A stretch of 64,000 nucleotides of DNA from Lama guanicoe. Lineage: Eukaryota. Below are positions 12,450-26,070 of the stretch, in pieces (position 1 is the stretch's first letter; each line of letters begins with the position of its first letter). The position numbers and the translations under genes were made by a program. The notes under the pieces are model-generated. The model was not told the origin of the DNA. It ran no database searches and saw only the letters and a program-made list of their open reading frames with translations. The DNA is taken from NCBI GenBank assembly GCA_013239625.1, contig MU054187.1, positions 22,447,280-22,511,279 of the forward strand, given 5' to 3'.

Positions 12450-12785
12450 CTGAATTTTTTTAGAGCAGTTTTAGATTCACAGCAAAACTGAAAGGAAGTT
12501 CAGAGATTCCCATACACGCCCACCCCGACACACGCGTAGCCTCCCCCCGCATCAGCTTCCCTCACCAGAGAGTAGATTAGTGCTTGCCTGGGGCTGGGGG
12601 GAGGAGGTGGGATGGGAAAGGAGGGTGACTGCTCAGCAGTATGGGGTTTCTTTTGGGGGTGATGGACATGTTTTAAAATTGCTTGTGGTGATGGTTGCAC
12701 ACTTCTGTGAGTGAATATATTAAAGGTACTGTATGGTTAAAATGGGTATATTTTGAATTATGTTTCAGTAAAACTTAAAAAAGTT
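12450..12785. mobile_element. Two abutting L1M 3'-end fragments in opposite orientations
   Basis: tttagagcagttttagattcacagcaaaactga (minus), then agattagtgcttgcctgggg...gtggtgatggttgcacac (plus). Confidence 0.7.
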
Positions 12786-12919
12786 CAAATGGTTCTCAGA
12801 CATGAACAGTAGACTTTTTGTATTGTTTCTTCATTCTTCCAGTGAGGAGTTTGCATTGCACAAGGAGCACAATTCCATGTTTATTGATTTATTACCGCAA
12901 AAGACTGCTTTTTAGCTAA

Positions 12920-13093
<174 letters not shown>

Positions 13094-13721
13094 TAAGTAT
13101 CTGGTGTAAGGGGTTCAGATTTTCCAAAGAGAATTTGCTTCTTGGAATGTTTTTCCGGTGGTGGTGGTGTTTTGAGGGGTTTTTTGGTTGGATGACTTCA
13201 AAGTGAGGAATGCTGCTTTCTAGTGTGAGTAGACAATTTCAAGTGTGAAAAATTTTTTGGTTAATTTTATTTTCTTTAGAGATGAGCCATGGTAATCCTT
13301 GCTTTTGCTGTACAAACTAGTATTTTCCACATAGCCATATATTCCCTTATTATCTTGTAAAAATAAATAGGACAGAAAATCATTTGTCATTTCTGAAATA
13401 TGTTGTAAATTTGTATCTAAAGTATTACAGCTAATACCAGCAGTTGGCTTAAATCTTAGCTATTTGTTCAAATAGAAATAATGTTACTGTGAAGTCTAAG
13501 TAAGACTTTTGATGTGTTGCTGGTGTTTGGCTTTATTAATTACAAAAAATTTTATCTGCTTATTAAAATCCTAGTGTACTTGAAAGTAAATGCTGTTTTT
13601 ATTATATAGTTTACTATTTCATACAGTATTTTTTCCTTAAGTAAGCTGAATTCATGACTTTTTAAAAATTATTGAAGTTAGTGTTTACGCCTGTATTTTT
13701 GTTACAATTTTACCCCCGCAG

Positions 13722-13846
13722 AAATGTGACCCCACAGACCACATTGGAGTTCCGAGTTTGGAGTCATCACACTTTAAAAGCAGATGCTTTATTAGGGAGA
13801 GCAACGATAGATTTGAAACAAGCCCTCTTAGTACACAATAGAAAAT
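13722..13846 (+). CDS. WWP1: WWP1 exon 5 (C2 domain)
   Basis: cgcag|AAATGTG; NVTPQTTLEFRVWSHHTLKADALLGRATIDLKQALLVHNRK; T|gtaagt. Confidence 0.97.
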
Positions 13847-14359
13847 GTAAGTTTCTTTGTTCTAATCTTTGTTTCTTTACAAGTTTATCTTAGACACTTT
13901 GAAAATATCCTGAAGTCCAAAAGCAAAACCAAACCAAACCAAAAAACCCAGTTTTGTGTTTATACAGGAAAACTTCATGTATTGCCTGTACTTGCTTTTA
14001 AGTTTATGGTGTTATATGAAATAGGAAATACTTATCTGGCGTTTCTCTATACGACAGATGTACAGACAATCTCAGTCCATGAATGTACTGTCTTATCAGT
14101 GGTATCAGTGGTTTATTACTTACTTATTATATACCTTAAAACTGAGGAAAAATGATCATTATCTGAGCCTATTCTGTTACTTAGTTAACAGTTTTATTTG
14201 TAAAAAATAAATTACAGCTCTTAAATTTTCTCTTTTCATTATGTAACTAGTTTATTATTAGAAAACATGGAGAATACAGAAAATCACAGAGGAATATAAA
14301 AATTACTTGTAATTTTTACTGTTGAGGGGTAACCACTTCTGATAATTCGGCATCTTTTT

Positions 14360-14620
14360 TAAAAATTTTTTTTTTATTGAGTTGTAGTCAGTTTACAATG
14401 TGTCAATTTCTGGTGTACAGCACAATTTTTCAGTCATACATGAATATACGTATGTTCATTTTTATATTCTTTTTCACCATAAGCTACTACAAGATCTTGT
14501 ATATATTTCCCTGTGCTATATATACAGTATAAACTTGTTTATCTATTTTATATATACCTGTCAGCATCTACAAATCTTGAACTCCCAGTGTGTCCCTTCC
14601 CACCCTGCTCCGCCTTTTTC
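14360..14620 (-). mobile_element. Lineage-type L1 3'UTR end
   Basis: poly-T then attgagttgtagtcagtttacaatgtgtcaatttctggtgtacagc. Confidence 0.75.
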
Positions 14621-14989
14621 TTGTTCATAGACACAAATTTATTTTTCTTCTTTGTATCCACTGGTTTATTCTCCTCTTTTTTTCATTTAGGAACATAATA
14701 TGAACATAATGTTCCCATATTAAATTTTTCTCACTTGGGGATTCTTTAAGTAGTTTAAGCGTCAGTTATTTGTAAATTTCTAACCACTGTATGCAAAAAT
14801 TTGACTGTATTACATGTATTTCTAATTCTGGGGAGAGAGTTCATACTTCTATCAAATTCTCAAAATATTGTGTGGTCCAAAGAATATTAAAACCCAGAGT
14901 TCTAGTTTATGAATTAACTGATCTCATTATTTGACATTTAGGTAGTTTCTAATAGTTCACTCAAACCAACACCACTGTCAATCTTTGTG

Positions 14990-15165
14990 TCCATCTTCTT
15001 ATTTCACACCCATCCTGTTGTGTTAGGGCTACCCTAATGACCTCGTTTAAACTTAATTACTTCTTTAAAGATCCTATTTCCAAATAAAGTCAGCTTCTGA
15101 GGCCCCAGAAATTAGGACTTAAACCTATGAATGTAGTGGGGGGAAGACCCAGTTCAGCCTGTAAC
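14990..15165. mobile_element. MLT1 (ERVL-MaLR) LTR fragment
   Basis: accctaatgacctcgtttaaacttaattac...aaataaagtcagcttctgagg...gttcagcctgtaaca. Confidence 0.75.
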
Positions 15166-15891
15166 AAAAGGAAAGTAGATTAATTTCAAAAATTAAAGCT
15201 GTGTTAGAATCATAGTGCTTTAAAGGCAGAGGAAAGCTATGGGCAGTAATCCCAGTGACTCATTTTATTGATCACATAACCTAATCTAAGTGACTTGCTC
15301 AAGATCAGAAGTAATTGCAGAGTTTTGACTTGAATACAGGTTTTATTATTCTTAGCTGCTTAATTTGGAATAGAAGTAATAGAAAATTATCCTGGTTCTA
15401 GACAACCTTGCATAATCTAAAAATACACTCATAATTGATTAGATTCTTGGTTGCCTTTGATTCAGCCTCTTGGCTTAGCACTTGGACATTATCCTTCAAA
15501 TTTATGAGCCAGTTTCTTCCTGTACTCAAAGCCTTGACATTTTCTTCTCATAAATTCGTGTTTTTATATATCCTTTCTCCTGCTGTATTTGGGGTAAGGG
15601 TGGAAGAAACCCAGCTTTGCTCATCCGTTTACGTATTTTCTACGGAGGCTTTCCCACGACAGTGGAAGGGCTGAGTAGGTGCGACAGACTTGCACGCCCT
15701 GCAGAGCCTGAGTGTCCACCATCTGGCCCTTGGTGGAAAATGCTTTCCGACCTCTGCTTGTAGGTGGCTTCCTATGATCTGTAATCTTGGTGGCGAGTTC
15801 TCATTCTCTGATGTCAGTCTAAGGGTACTCCTTCGGCTTTAGTCCAGGCAGGGTCTGTTTCTAATTCTGCACCTATTCAGCCCTCCCATTG

Positions 15892-15911
15892 TATATATAT
15901 ATATATATATA
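15892..15911. repeat. (TA)n microsatellite
   Basis: tatatatatatatatatata. Confidence 0.9.
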
Positions 15912-16486
15912 ACCACTTATTGAGCACTAACTGTGTATCGGATGTGATGCTAAGAACTTCCTGTGTGGTTCTGCATTTGGACCTTATGACAGTTCCTTTA
16001 GTTTGAAGCTTTTTATTATCTTTATTTTATGGAGTAGATGAGGAAACTGAGGCTTTAAGGAGTTTGACCGCTTACTCAAAGTACAGCCGAAGTTCCTGAG
16101 CTGGAATTAGTAACCAAGCCCCCTGACTCTCATGCAGAAATTTTGGCTTAACCACAAGTCCTATGTGGTACCTCGGGCCAGAGAGGAAGTTTACATGGTT
16201 GCTGTACTGTCTTGATGCATTTGTATGTTCTCTGAGGTTTATACTGTGCAAAGGAGCAGTTAAAGATGACACTGGGAGTGTGTGGTGGAGGGAGGAATTA
16301 CTCAGCTGGGTGTAAAGGATGTGATCCTGGGGTGGTATGAAAAGATCTTCTGATTTCAAACAAATAATTCCTTCCATGAGTAGCCAGCAAGCACTGAAAT
16401 ACAGTAATTCTTGATAAGTAGTTTTGATTTCTAAAACATATTTCTGTACGTGACAAAGCTTTTAAATTAGGATTTTTTTTTCCTAG

Positions 16487-16624
16487 TGGAAAGAGTGAAA
16501 GAACAATTAAAACTTTCCTTGGAAACCAAGAATGGTTTAGTGCAAACTGGTGAATTAACCGTTGTGCTCGATGGACTGGTGATCGAGCAAGAAAATGTAA
16601 CAAACTGCAGCTCATCTCCAGCCA
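16487..16624 (+). CDS. WWP1: WWP1 exon 6 (end of C2)
   Basis: cctag|TGGAA; LERVKEQLKLSLETKNGLVQTGELTVVLDGLVIEQENVTNCSSSPA; A|gtaagc. Confidence 0.97.
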
Positions 16625-16715
16625 GTAAGCTGACTTTATGTGTTTTTAGAATTTGAAGGAAAAAAACCAGCAAGAAGTATATAAAAATCTAGTTTCTTTC
16701 TTTTTTGTCATTCAG

Positions 16716-16782
16716 TAGAAATACAGCAAAATGGTGATGCCTTACATGAAAATGGAGAGCCTTCAGCAAGGACAGCCACCAG
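16716..16782 (+). CDS. WWP1: WWP1 exon 7
   Basis: ttcag|TAGAAATA; IEIQQNGDALHENGEPSARTATR; AG|gtagaa. Confidence 0.93.
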
Positions 16783-16929
16783 GTAGAATATTTTATTTTA
16801 GTATTTGTGGCAAAGTAATGTAACATTTTCCATATATGAAGTTTAAAATTTTAACCTCAGTTGTTTGCCGTAGAATTTAAAAGCTTACATCTAAGCATGC
16901 CGTTTGGTTGAATTCTTACCAGAATTTTT

Positions 16930-17280
16930 TTTTAATAATGACTTTATTGAGATATAATATACATATCATAAGAGTAAAGTATATATTTCAGTGGTTTTTA
17001 GTATAACACAGAGTTGTGTAACCATCACCACTATCTGATTTCAAAACATTCTCGTCATCCTCAGAAAGAAACTGTACCATGAACAACCGCTTTCCATCCC
17101 TCTTTCCCTCCAGCGCCTGGCAGCCAGTAATCTGCTTTCTGTCTCAATAGATTTGCCTGTTCTAACCGTTTCTTGTAAATGGTATCGTATAATATGTGAC
17201 CTTCTGTTACTGGCTTCTTTTCCTTAGAATAAGGTTCCTCCCTGTTGTAGCGAGTGTCAGTACTTCATTCTTTTCTTTAT
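16930..17280 (-). mobile_element. L1MB/MC 3' end
   Basis: actttattgagatataat...cagagttgtgtaaccatcaccactatc...ctgctttctgtctcaatagatttgcctg. Confidence 0.8.
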
Positions 17281-19502
17281 TGGAAATGGCTTTTTAGAAT
17301 CTGTACTTGGGCATACTTTATCAGTAAATGGAGGCAGACAGTGTGGGGAAATGGTTATCTTATTGCTGTCTGAGTTGGCAGCTTCCTGTCATCACCGCGA
17401 GGTAGATGTTGCGCGGATTACACCCCCCCTCCTTAGAGGGCAGTCTGCCATCTCAGCGCCGCCCGTGCATTCACATTTGATAACAATTAGTAGACTTCTG
17501 TTTGAAGTGATTAAATTAGAATGAACGCACGTAGTAGACCAAACATAATGGAATGAACACCTGAAAATATGTTCCTGTGAAATTGACTTGTTACATTTGA
17601 AAGAGCATGTTGGTATATGACAGTATGACTTTTATTAATCAAAAGTTACTAATGTCATTATTCCTAAATCACCATTAACTGATTTTCATAGAGCACTTGA
17701 ACAGGTAAGTATGTCTTCTGAATATATGTTTGGGTTAAATATATGTATTTATTTAGTGTCTATATTATAATTTACATTGAGAAAATTAACTGAAAGGGTA
17801 CAATTAGGTAGATTAAAATGTATTAGCGTGTGTGTATATCTGTTTTTATAATTTTTGAAATACAATTTTAGATGGATAAAGGAGCTTAAATCACTACCAG
17901 ACTAAAACCTAAAACCTAGTATTATTTATTGCATAGTAATATATTTTGAATCAAAAATTAATTCTGCAGCACCACGAAGACTTCAGTCCGGTTCTTTTAT
18001 TTGGACTCCGTGATCACTGACTCTTGCTGGGTGGCTTGGGGAAGGGTGTACAAATCAGAATCGCTTGGGAGCCTTTTTAAGACTTTATCTGTCTGAGTTC
18101 CTAGACATATCTCATCCAAATGTATAGGTGACAGGGGAAGGGAGTGTGGCATTCATTCATTCGTTTATCCGTCAGGTGCTTAGTGAGTGCCTTTTTGATG
18201 CCAGACACTAGTCCAAGCACTAAGAATATCGGTCCTGTTCCTGTGAAGTTTTCATTCTGGTGGGATAGAGGGAAATGGTAAACAAGTGAAGAACTAAACT
18301 AACTAGTCAGAGACAGGGATCAGAACTGTGGAGTCATTGGAACACAGGACAGGTGACAGGAGTGGCCTGTTTTAAAGAGAAATGTCAGAGAATCATCTCT
18401 GAGGAAGTGCCATCAAGCTAAACTTAAAAAGTCAAAAATACACCATCCATGCAGAGTTCTGAGGGAGGAACCCAGGCAGAGGAATTAGCAAGTGACAAGA
18501 CCTTGAGTGTATTTCTAGTTAATTTATGCTCTGTAAATTCTACCTCTAGAATATAATATTTAACCCTTTTTTTGGATAATCTTGTGAGTCACTATAATTT
18601 TACTCCCTGTATGTAATAATTTGTAATAAAGTTGAAGACTTACCGTGTTTTTCATATACAATAAAATTGATATATTAGTATATCTGCTGCAAGGTGAGCA
18701 AAGAGGAGCTTGGAGAGAAAGAACTAGATATAGAGATGGAGGGGTGGGGCAGGACTGAGATGTGGTCTGATTTATATGTATTTTTTTTAATGAAGGCTAC
18801 TCTGTAGAGAACAGGTACAAGGCAGCCTGTGTGTTTGGAAAAGGTTGCCTGATCACTTACATGAGTATCACCTAGCTCCTTTTCCACTGCCAAGATTTAA
18901 AATGTTTGATTTTGTAGTTGTAGATGTATTTATTTGTTTATTTGCAGTAATATAAACACTGTAAGTTCTAACTCAGGGATGTGATTTTTAGCTTTTTCTG
19001 ATCAACAAGTGCTCATTATTTTAGTGCTGGTTCATAACTTGCACTCAATAGTCAAAGACTTTTTTTTGTCTTATTTTCCAGTGTTCAGTAAAATTCCAAT
19101 ACTTAGGAATTGATTTTTATAAGTTTTATGATCTTTTTGAAAATACTTTCAGAGCATTTAAAAATAAATGTTAATATTCTTAGACAAATATTTTAAATGT
19201 ACAATTTGGTCATTGCTTCATTTTGACTTAGTATTTTTATATACCTCAATGTACATATGTATGACAATGTGGATACACTTCGAACTGAAAGTAATTTAAA
19301 CTTTAATGTAATAAAAATGTAGTAAAATGTAAGATGTAAAAAATAAAATGTAAAAAGTGTAATGAAAGTATCTTTTGTTCATTACTCTGTACCTGTCACT
19401 TTGCTTGAACGTTACGAACTCGATATATGAAACTTCTAATGAAAAGCTATTTAATTGTACTTAATTCATTGAAGTAAGGTGTCTTTCTTTTTTTTTTTAA
19501 AG

Positions 19503-19687
19503 GTTGGCCGCTGAGGGGACTAATGGAATAGATAATCATGTACCTACAAGCACTGTGGTACAAAACTCATGCTGTTCATACGTAGTTAATGGAGACAGCG
19601 CACCCTCATCTCCATCTCAGGTTGCTGCCAGACCCAAAAACACACCAGCTCCAAAACCACTCACATCTGAGCCTGCCAATGACACTG
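19503..19687 (+). CDS. WWP1: WWP1 exon 8 (linker)
   Basis: poly-T aag|GTTGGCC; LAAEGTNGIDNHVPTSTVVQNSCCSYVVNGDSAPSSPSQVAARPKNTPAPKPLTSEPANDT; G|gtaagc. Confidence 0.96.
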
Positions 19688-22324
19688 GTAAGCATGGCCC
19701 TTTGTGACTCATTGTTTAAAAGAAGACTAAATTAAATTTTATGTAACTATATCTACGCTTACTTTACAGTCTTTTAAAATCTTCCATTCTATGATAGAAA
19801 TGCAAAGATTACAGTGCAGTTTTTCATAATATTTGAATTTTTCTAGATTATTTAAAAATACACACATGAGGGACTAGAAATAAAGGCTCCGTGGAACGTA
19901 ATTCCCATGACATTCACAATAAGTGCAATGAAACCCAAGACAATTGGAATAATAGTAAGAGCTAACATTTGTGCTATGCATATTCTAAACACTATATCCA
20001 TTTACTGGTCTAACTCTCAAAATAGCTCTTTGAGATGGGTGCTAGTATTTTTCTCTTTGTCTCCGGGAGGAACTGAGGCACAGAGAGAGCCCAGCTAGGA
20101 GAAGAGGGGCTGTGACTGACAGCCAGCTCGCTGGCGTTCAGCTCTCTGCTGTCCTGTTCATTTGGGTGCGTGTGATTTTTAGTGTCTCAAAGTTGTCCAT
20201 CTTTTATACCACAATAAGCTTTAAGTGACATTCTCCCAGTCAGCTCCGTGATTGTGTTTGCATGTTCTCTGATTATCATTGGTCACATCTGATAAAACAG
20301 TCCAACTGCCACCATTCCATTGGCTGGTTTACAAAGGCTTCCAGAACCTACTGTGTTGGTAGCAACCACTTCACCAGTGTCACTGTATGATTTGTCATTG
20401 CTCAGTAGGAGGATGGATTCAGGTATCTTTTCAAGCGGTGGGGTTATCCCCTTTAAGGTGCTGGCACAAAACTGATACTCCTTTTTCTAAAGAACTTTAA
20501 AAATCAGTTTTCATTGTTGGGATGGTGATGGGGGTGGGAGTGTGCATATTCTGTGTATGACACCTTACATGTTTAATCCCTTCCTTGTGATTCCAGAATC
20601 CTAAAATCTTTAAAACCAAAACTCATTTTGATAAACTCATTTGATGGCAAAATGACTAGGACTGACCTGAGGGTATTTATCATACTTACTACGAGAATCC
20701 CTGCATTTTGCTGCAGAAGTAATACTGTGTTTAATTTCGGTGTGTAGCGCCCAGTCCTGCTCAGTGTGAGTGTAATAGTATGCATGCCATGTTACCTTTG
20801 TAAATTCTGGAAGGTTAGGAATTCTGGAATGCACTTGGGCCCAAAAGTTTCCAGATAAGGGACTGTGGGCCTGTGCTAAGGAGTTTAAGACAAATGACTT
20901 CTTTTCACCAGAGACGTTGTCAAACGTAAGGGCTTTTGGCAGGGCGGGGGGGGGGGGGGTTGGGGGCAGCAGAGCGTAGGGTGCATTTCCCCGTCCTGTT
21001 CTTTTGAGGCTTCGGAGGATCCGTTTAACAAGTTTAGTAAGTAAATATTGGTATTTGTTCTAAGCTAAGATGGGAGGCAGTCATGACTGAAAAGATTAGA
21101 TTTGGCTTCTAACAGGACTAGGTTTAATCCCAGCTTCTCCTCTTACTGTTTTAACCATGTGACCTTGGATAAATTTAACATCCTGAAATTTTAGGTTCTC
21201 CATTTATAAAAAGAGACTAATACTCAATAATGCCTTATAGGTTTTTTTTGAAGCTTAAATGAGATAATAAATTTAAAACACCTACCACCTAGGACAGTGC
21301 TATTTAAGAAAAATACAATTTTCTTTTCTACTTTCCACCTCTCACCCTTAACTTCTAGTGTGAAATGACTATTGCTAATGTATAATTATTGTTCTGTTAG
21401 TAAAGTGGATCAGAGCTCAGTATGGTAAGTTTCAGGCAGAATTAACATTTCACAAGTTCATTAGACTTTTGCTTTTAGCTTTTTATTTTGAAATACAGAT
21501 TTACAGAAAGTTGCCAAGAAATGTGCAGGTAGGTCCCATGCTCCCTTCTCAGTCTACGCCAATGTTGACGTCTTGTATAACTATAGCACAATGTCAAAAT
21601 CAGGAAATTGACATCGACACAATCCACACGTCATCAGTTACACCTGTGTTGTGTGTGTGTGTGTGTTTCTGTGCAGTTTTCATGTGTGGCTTCACGTAGC
21701 TACTAGCACTGCAGTCAGGATACAGAACTATGCCATTACCAGAGGCTCCCTGGCTCTCTACCTCCTTCAAAGCTGCAGCCACTTTCAAGAGTGAATTGAC
21801 TTTTAAAGAACCTTAGTGTGTATGTCATACTTTTTAAAAAAGAGTAAAAATGATACTCAGAGTCTTCAATATTTCCACCTTTTTCTACTTTATTTGGGTG
21901 AATTGTGAGAGTACAAATGCACGGCGCTATGAGATGTGTGTGTCATAAAGTCCATGGGAAACTTACTTCTCAAGGACTAAATGTGAAATGAAGGAGGTCT
22001 GTCTTGTAACCCAAAAGTCGTAATGGCTGAAAGTAAGGCTTGAGATAGATTCATTAAGAAGCCAAGTCAGTGGATGTGGTCGTCTGTCTGTAGAGAAGGA
22101 AATGCTTTGCATAAGCTTCTGCTGTCATTCCCGTCACGTAAGATTTCAGTTACTTGCTTAGTGTAATTCTCTGTATTCTTTCATGAGCAAGGAACCTGTG
22201 ACCCCCTTCTCCTTCCCTTCCTTCCCTGTCTATCTTATCTTTTTTGTCATTGTTAACAGGTGTTTATTTTGCAGCTCCTGTAGACTGGACACTGCCTCGT
22301 GTCTGGGCACGTACACATCACCCT

Positions 22325-22548
22325 GAGTTTCTCAGCTTCAGCACTGTTGACATTTTGGGCCAAATAATTCTCTGTTATGGGTGGCTTTCTGTGCGTTTTA
22401 GGATAATAGCAGCATCCTGGCCTGTACTTACTAGATGCCAGTAATATCATCCCTTTCCTCTAGTTGTGATAAACAAACACACCTCCAGACGTTGCTAAAT
22501 GTCTTTGGGGGGATGGAGGACAAATTTGCCCCCCGGTGAGAACCACTG
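22325..22548. mobile_element. MER20 (hAT-Charlie)
   Basis: cactgttgacattttgggcc...ctagatgccagta...ctccagacgttgctaaatgtc...gagaaccactg. Confidence 0.85.
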
Positions 22549-22824
22549 TGTATGAATAGTAATCCCTCCAGTCAGATACATGCTCCCCGTAGCCAGCTTA
22601 GAATCTCCCCTATTGTCAATGTCTTGCATTGCTGTGGTATACTGTTGAAATTAATGAACCAGTATAAATGTATCATTGTTAACTGAAGTCCATAGTTGAC
22701 ATCAAGGGTCATTATTGTGTTGTATGGGTTCTGTGGGGTTTGAGAAATGCATGTTGCCATGTACCCACCATCACAGTAGCACACAGAATTCTTTCTCCAC
22801 TCTACAAATCCCCTGCACAGCTAC

Positions 22825-23945
22825 AGTCCATTAATCCTCAACAAAGCAGGCGAGAATATACAATGGAGAAAAGATAGTCTCTTCAGCAACTGGTATTGGG
22901 AAAACTGGACAGCTACATGTAGATCAATGAAGTTAAAACACTGCCTCACACCATACACAAAAGTGAACTCAAAGTGGATTAAGGACCTAAATGTAAGACC
23001 GATTACTGTAACATCCTGGAGGGGAACGTAGGCAAAACAGTCTTTGACGTAAATCATGGCAATACTTGTTTGGATCCTTCTAGAGTAATGGAAATAAAAG
23101 CAAAAATAAACAAATGGGACCTAATTAACCTTAAAAGCTTTTGCACAGCAAAGAAAACCATCAACAAAATGAAACGACAACCTACAGAATGGGAGAAAAT
23201 ATTTGCAAATGATGTGACTGACACGGGAGTAATTTCCAAAATATATAAACAGCTCATACACCTTAATATCAAAGAAACAAACAACCCAATCTGAAAATGG
23301 GCAGAAGACCTAAACAAGCAGTTCTCCAATGAAGACATACAAATGGCCAATAGACACATGAAAAAATGGTCAGCATCGCTAATTGTCAGAGAAATGCAGA
23401 TCAAAACTACAATGAGATATGACCTCACACCAGCCAGAATGGCCATCACTGTAGAGTCTACAAATGATAGATTCTGGAGAGGGTGTGGAGAGAAGGGAAC
23501 CCTCCTACACTGTTGGTGGGAGTGTAGATTGGTGCAGCCACTGTGGAGGACAGAATGGAGGTTGCTTAAAACACTGAAAACAGACTTCCCGTGTGATCCA
23601 GCAGTCACACTCCTGGGCATGTATCTGGAGAAAAATAAAATTCAAAAAGACACCTGTGCCCCAGTGTTCATAGCAGCACTATTTACAGTAGCCAAGACAT
23701 GGAAACAACCCAAACGTCCATCAACAGATGACTGGATAAAGATGTGGTACATATACATATATATAATGGAACACTACGCAGCCATAAAAATAAATAAAAT
23801 CATGCCATTTGCAGCAACATGGATGGACCTGAAGATTGTCATTCTAAGTGAAGTAAGCCAGAAAGAGAAAGAAAAATGTCATATCACATCATTTATATGA
23901 GGAATCTAAAAAATAATAACAATCATAATAAGGACACAAATGAAC
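22825..23945 (+). mobile_element. L1 fragment: ORF2 C-terminus plus start of 3'UTR
   Basis: ORFs 23070-23294 and 23343-23900 translate to L1 ORF2 ([42 protein letters not shown]), broken by a stop. Confidence 0.95.
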
Positions 23946-25578
23946 TAATTATCGTTTTGATTTCTGGAATATGTATAAGCACATCTGACTGAACTTTATG
24001 ATTGGATTACCGCATTCTGTTGATTCTTATTTTGTAGTTGTCTTTATTCCTTTGATAACTAAGTTTAAAAAGCTAACGCTCTAATCTGTTCTTAGAAACG
24101 ATAATCAGTACATATATGTAAAATAAAATGTGCAGTATGCTGTATATATGTATTTAAAGTATTAATCAAAACAGACACAAATGTCTATGAATGTAAAAAA
24201 AAATACTGTAATATAAAAGCCTAATAGGGATTAGACCAAATGTCAAAAGAATATGATGAAAAATTCATAAACAAGGAGGAAAAATGCACATTAAGTAAAG
24301 CTATATTTGAGTTTCATGCTTCTGTGTTAAAATATCCAAGACAATGTGATCACCTTCAGTCTCTGTAATTTAAAAATAATTGCCATCTAGAGTATCTGTG
24401 CAGCATTACAGTACTTAATTCTTGAATGGATGTTTTGTAGGTTAGCATTCCAGTTCCTTTCTCTGAGAACATATATTCAGAAGAATTAATTTATGATATA
24501 TTTCTTTTTGATTTTTACTTTAACAAACAATTCTAAAGCAAAAAAAAAATCACAGAACGTTTTAAATCATTTTCCTTTTTGTACATTAGACACATAAGAA
24601 ATGAGTTTCTTCCAGGTTTCTGGTTATAGATTCAACAACTCTAGAGAGACTTTTCAGAAAAGGCTATAACAGCCCTTAGGAGATGGCCGGGTCCTTGGCC
24701 ATCATCATTACTGCACTGCAGTGTCTTACCTAGATCTTCAAACACTTTCATTTTATTTTGGCCTTGAGACATCACAAAGAAAACATTTTCGTATAGTTCT
24801 AATCAGGAGGACTCAAATTCAGTATGTTCTTATTTTTGATAAATACACTGTAAAATTTTAAGAAAATAAAGCATTTTCTTCTAAAAAAAAAACTACCTGA
24901 AGATTCCATTACTCTTAATTATATTTCTCTCCTCTATTTCGCTTAGAACTTTAATATGTAATTTTCTAATAAGTTTTGTTTAATAATCTATTCTCGTTCC
25001 AGTTTTAATTTGACTCACTTTTATAGTGACATGTAGTTGAAATGGGTCAATCACATTTAAAATGAAAATTCAGAAATTGTGTCACTGGATCCCAGTGCTG
25101 GCTGTTTCTCTAGAAAGTGTAGAATGAGTTCCTGGATTTTTTTTTTTTCCATTCTCCTCTAGGACTAGCTTAAGAATTAATGCAACGTTATATTTCCCAC
25201 TATTGGCAAGAGTTCTTTTGATATTAGCTACATTTGCATATGGAAAGGGAGATTGAAACGAGTCATTTTAAAGTTTTTATGTAACCCATGCAGATTTTCA
25301 GAATAATTTTGAAGAAAAACATTTGGTATTTTAAAGTTGATTTCTCTTTCGTTAAGTTAGGGTTATTGGTGTGTATGTATATTCTTAAATTTTTATTATT
25401 TATACATTCACATCTAAAATGTGAGCACAAAAAAATATCTGTTTTACTTTATTTCCATCAGTACCTGATACATTGCTCCTTGTAAATTAGGGTCTGAATA
25501 AGTGTAATTGATGAGTTAGTTGATTGCCTTGCCATTCCTTGATATTAACAGATCATCTCATGAATTTTCCCTTTTCAG

Positions 25579-25915
25579 TCAATGGAGAATCATCCTCATC
25601 TGCACCAACTGGTGATGCTTCCACCGCGGGTACCGCAGGAGTGGCTGAAGAAACCACCTTGTCGTCAAATTGCATTAGCACTGCTGTCGAAGATCCTCCA
25701 GTTCAGGAAATCCTGGCTTCCTCAGAAAACAGTGAATGTATTCATCCTAACGGTGCAGCATTCGGAGCTGAGGCTAGAAGCGCGTTAGACCCTTCCACCT
25801 CCAATTCTGGAAGTAGCTCAGCTTCTGAAGCAGCCAAATTAAGACAGCCAGAGGGGAGCGTGGAACCCACGCGGCCGCAGTCTGCAAACGCCAGCACAGA
25901 GACTCTGCCCTCGGG
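25579..25915 (+). CDS. WWP1: WWP1 exon 9 (Ser/Thr-rich linker to WW1)
   Basis: ttcag|TCAATGG; VNGESSSSAPTG...VEDPPVQEIL...ASTETLPSG; GG|gtaagt. Confidence 0.96.
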
Positions 25916-26070
25916 GTAAGTTGAATCTTTTTTTAAAGATAGGCAACTTACATTTAATTTAAGTAGCAACTTTTTGATAATATGTGACTGTTGAATATGT
26001 ATATATTTCCATTTGGTAAGTTGAAATCTGATAAATAGAATTTGTTTATTTGCTAAAAACGAAGTATTTT

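Noticed and set aside
20942..20966. G-run with G-quadruplex potential (also near 29619-29642)
   Set aside because: Simple homopolymer far from exons; no functional evidence.
21417..21430. tcAG TATG GTAAGT 4-nt microexon-like motif (also ttag|gtaagt near 28009)
   Set aside because: No upstream polypyrimidine tract and several competing AGs.
23054..23620. 188-aa minus-strand ORF
   Set aside because: Antisense frame of L1 ORF2.
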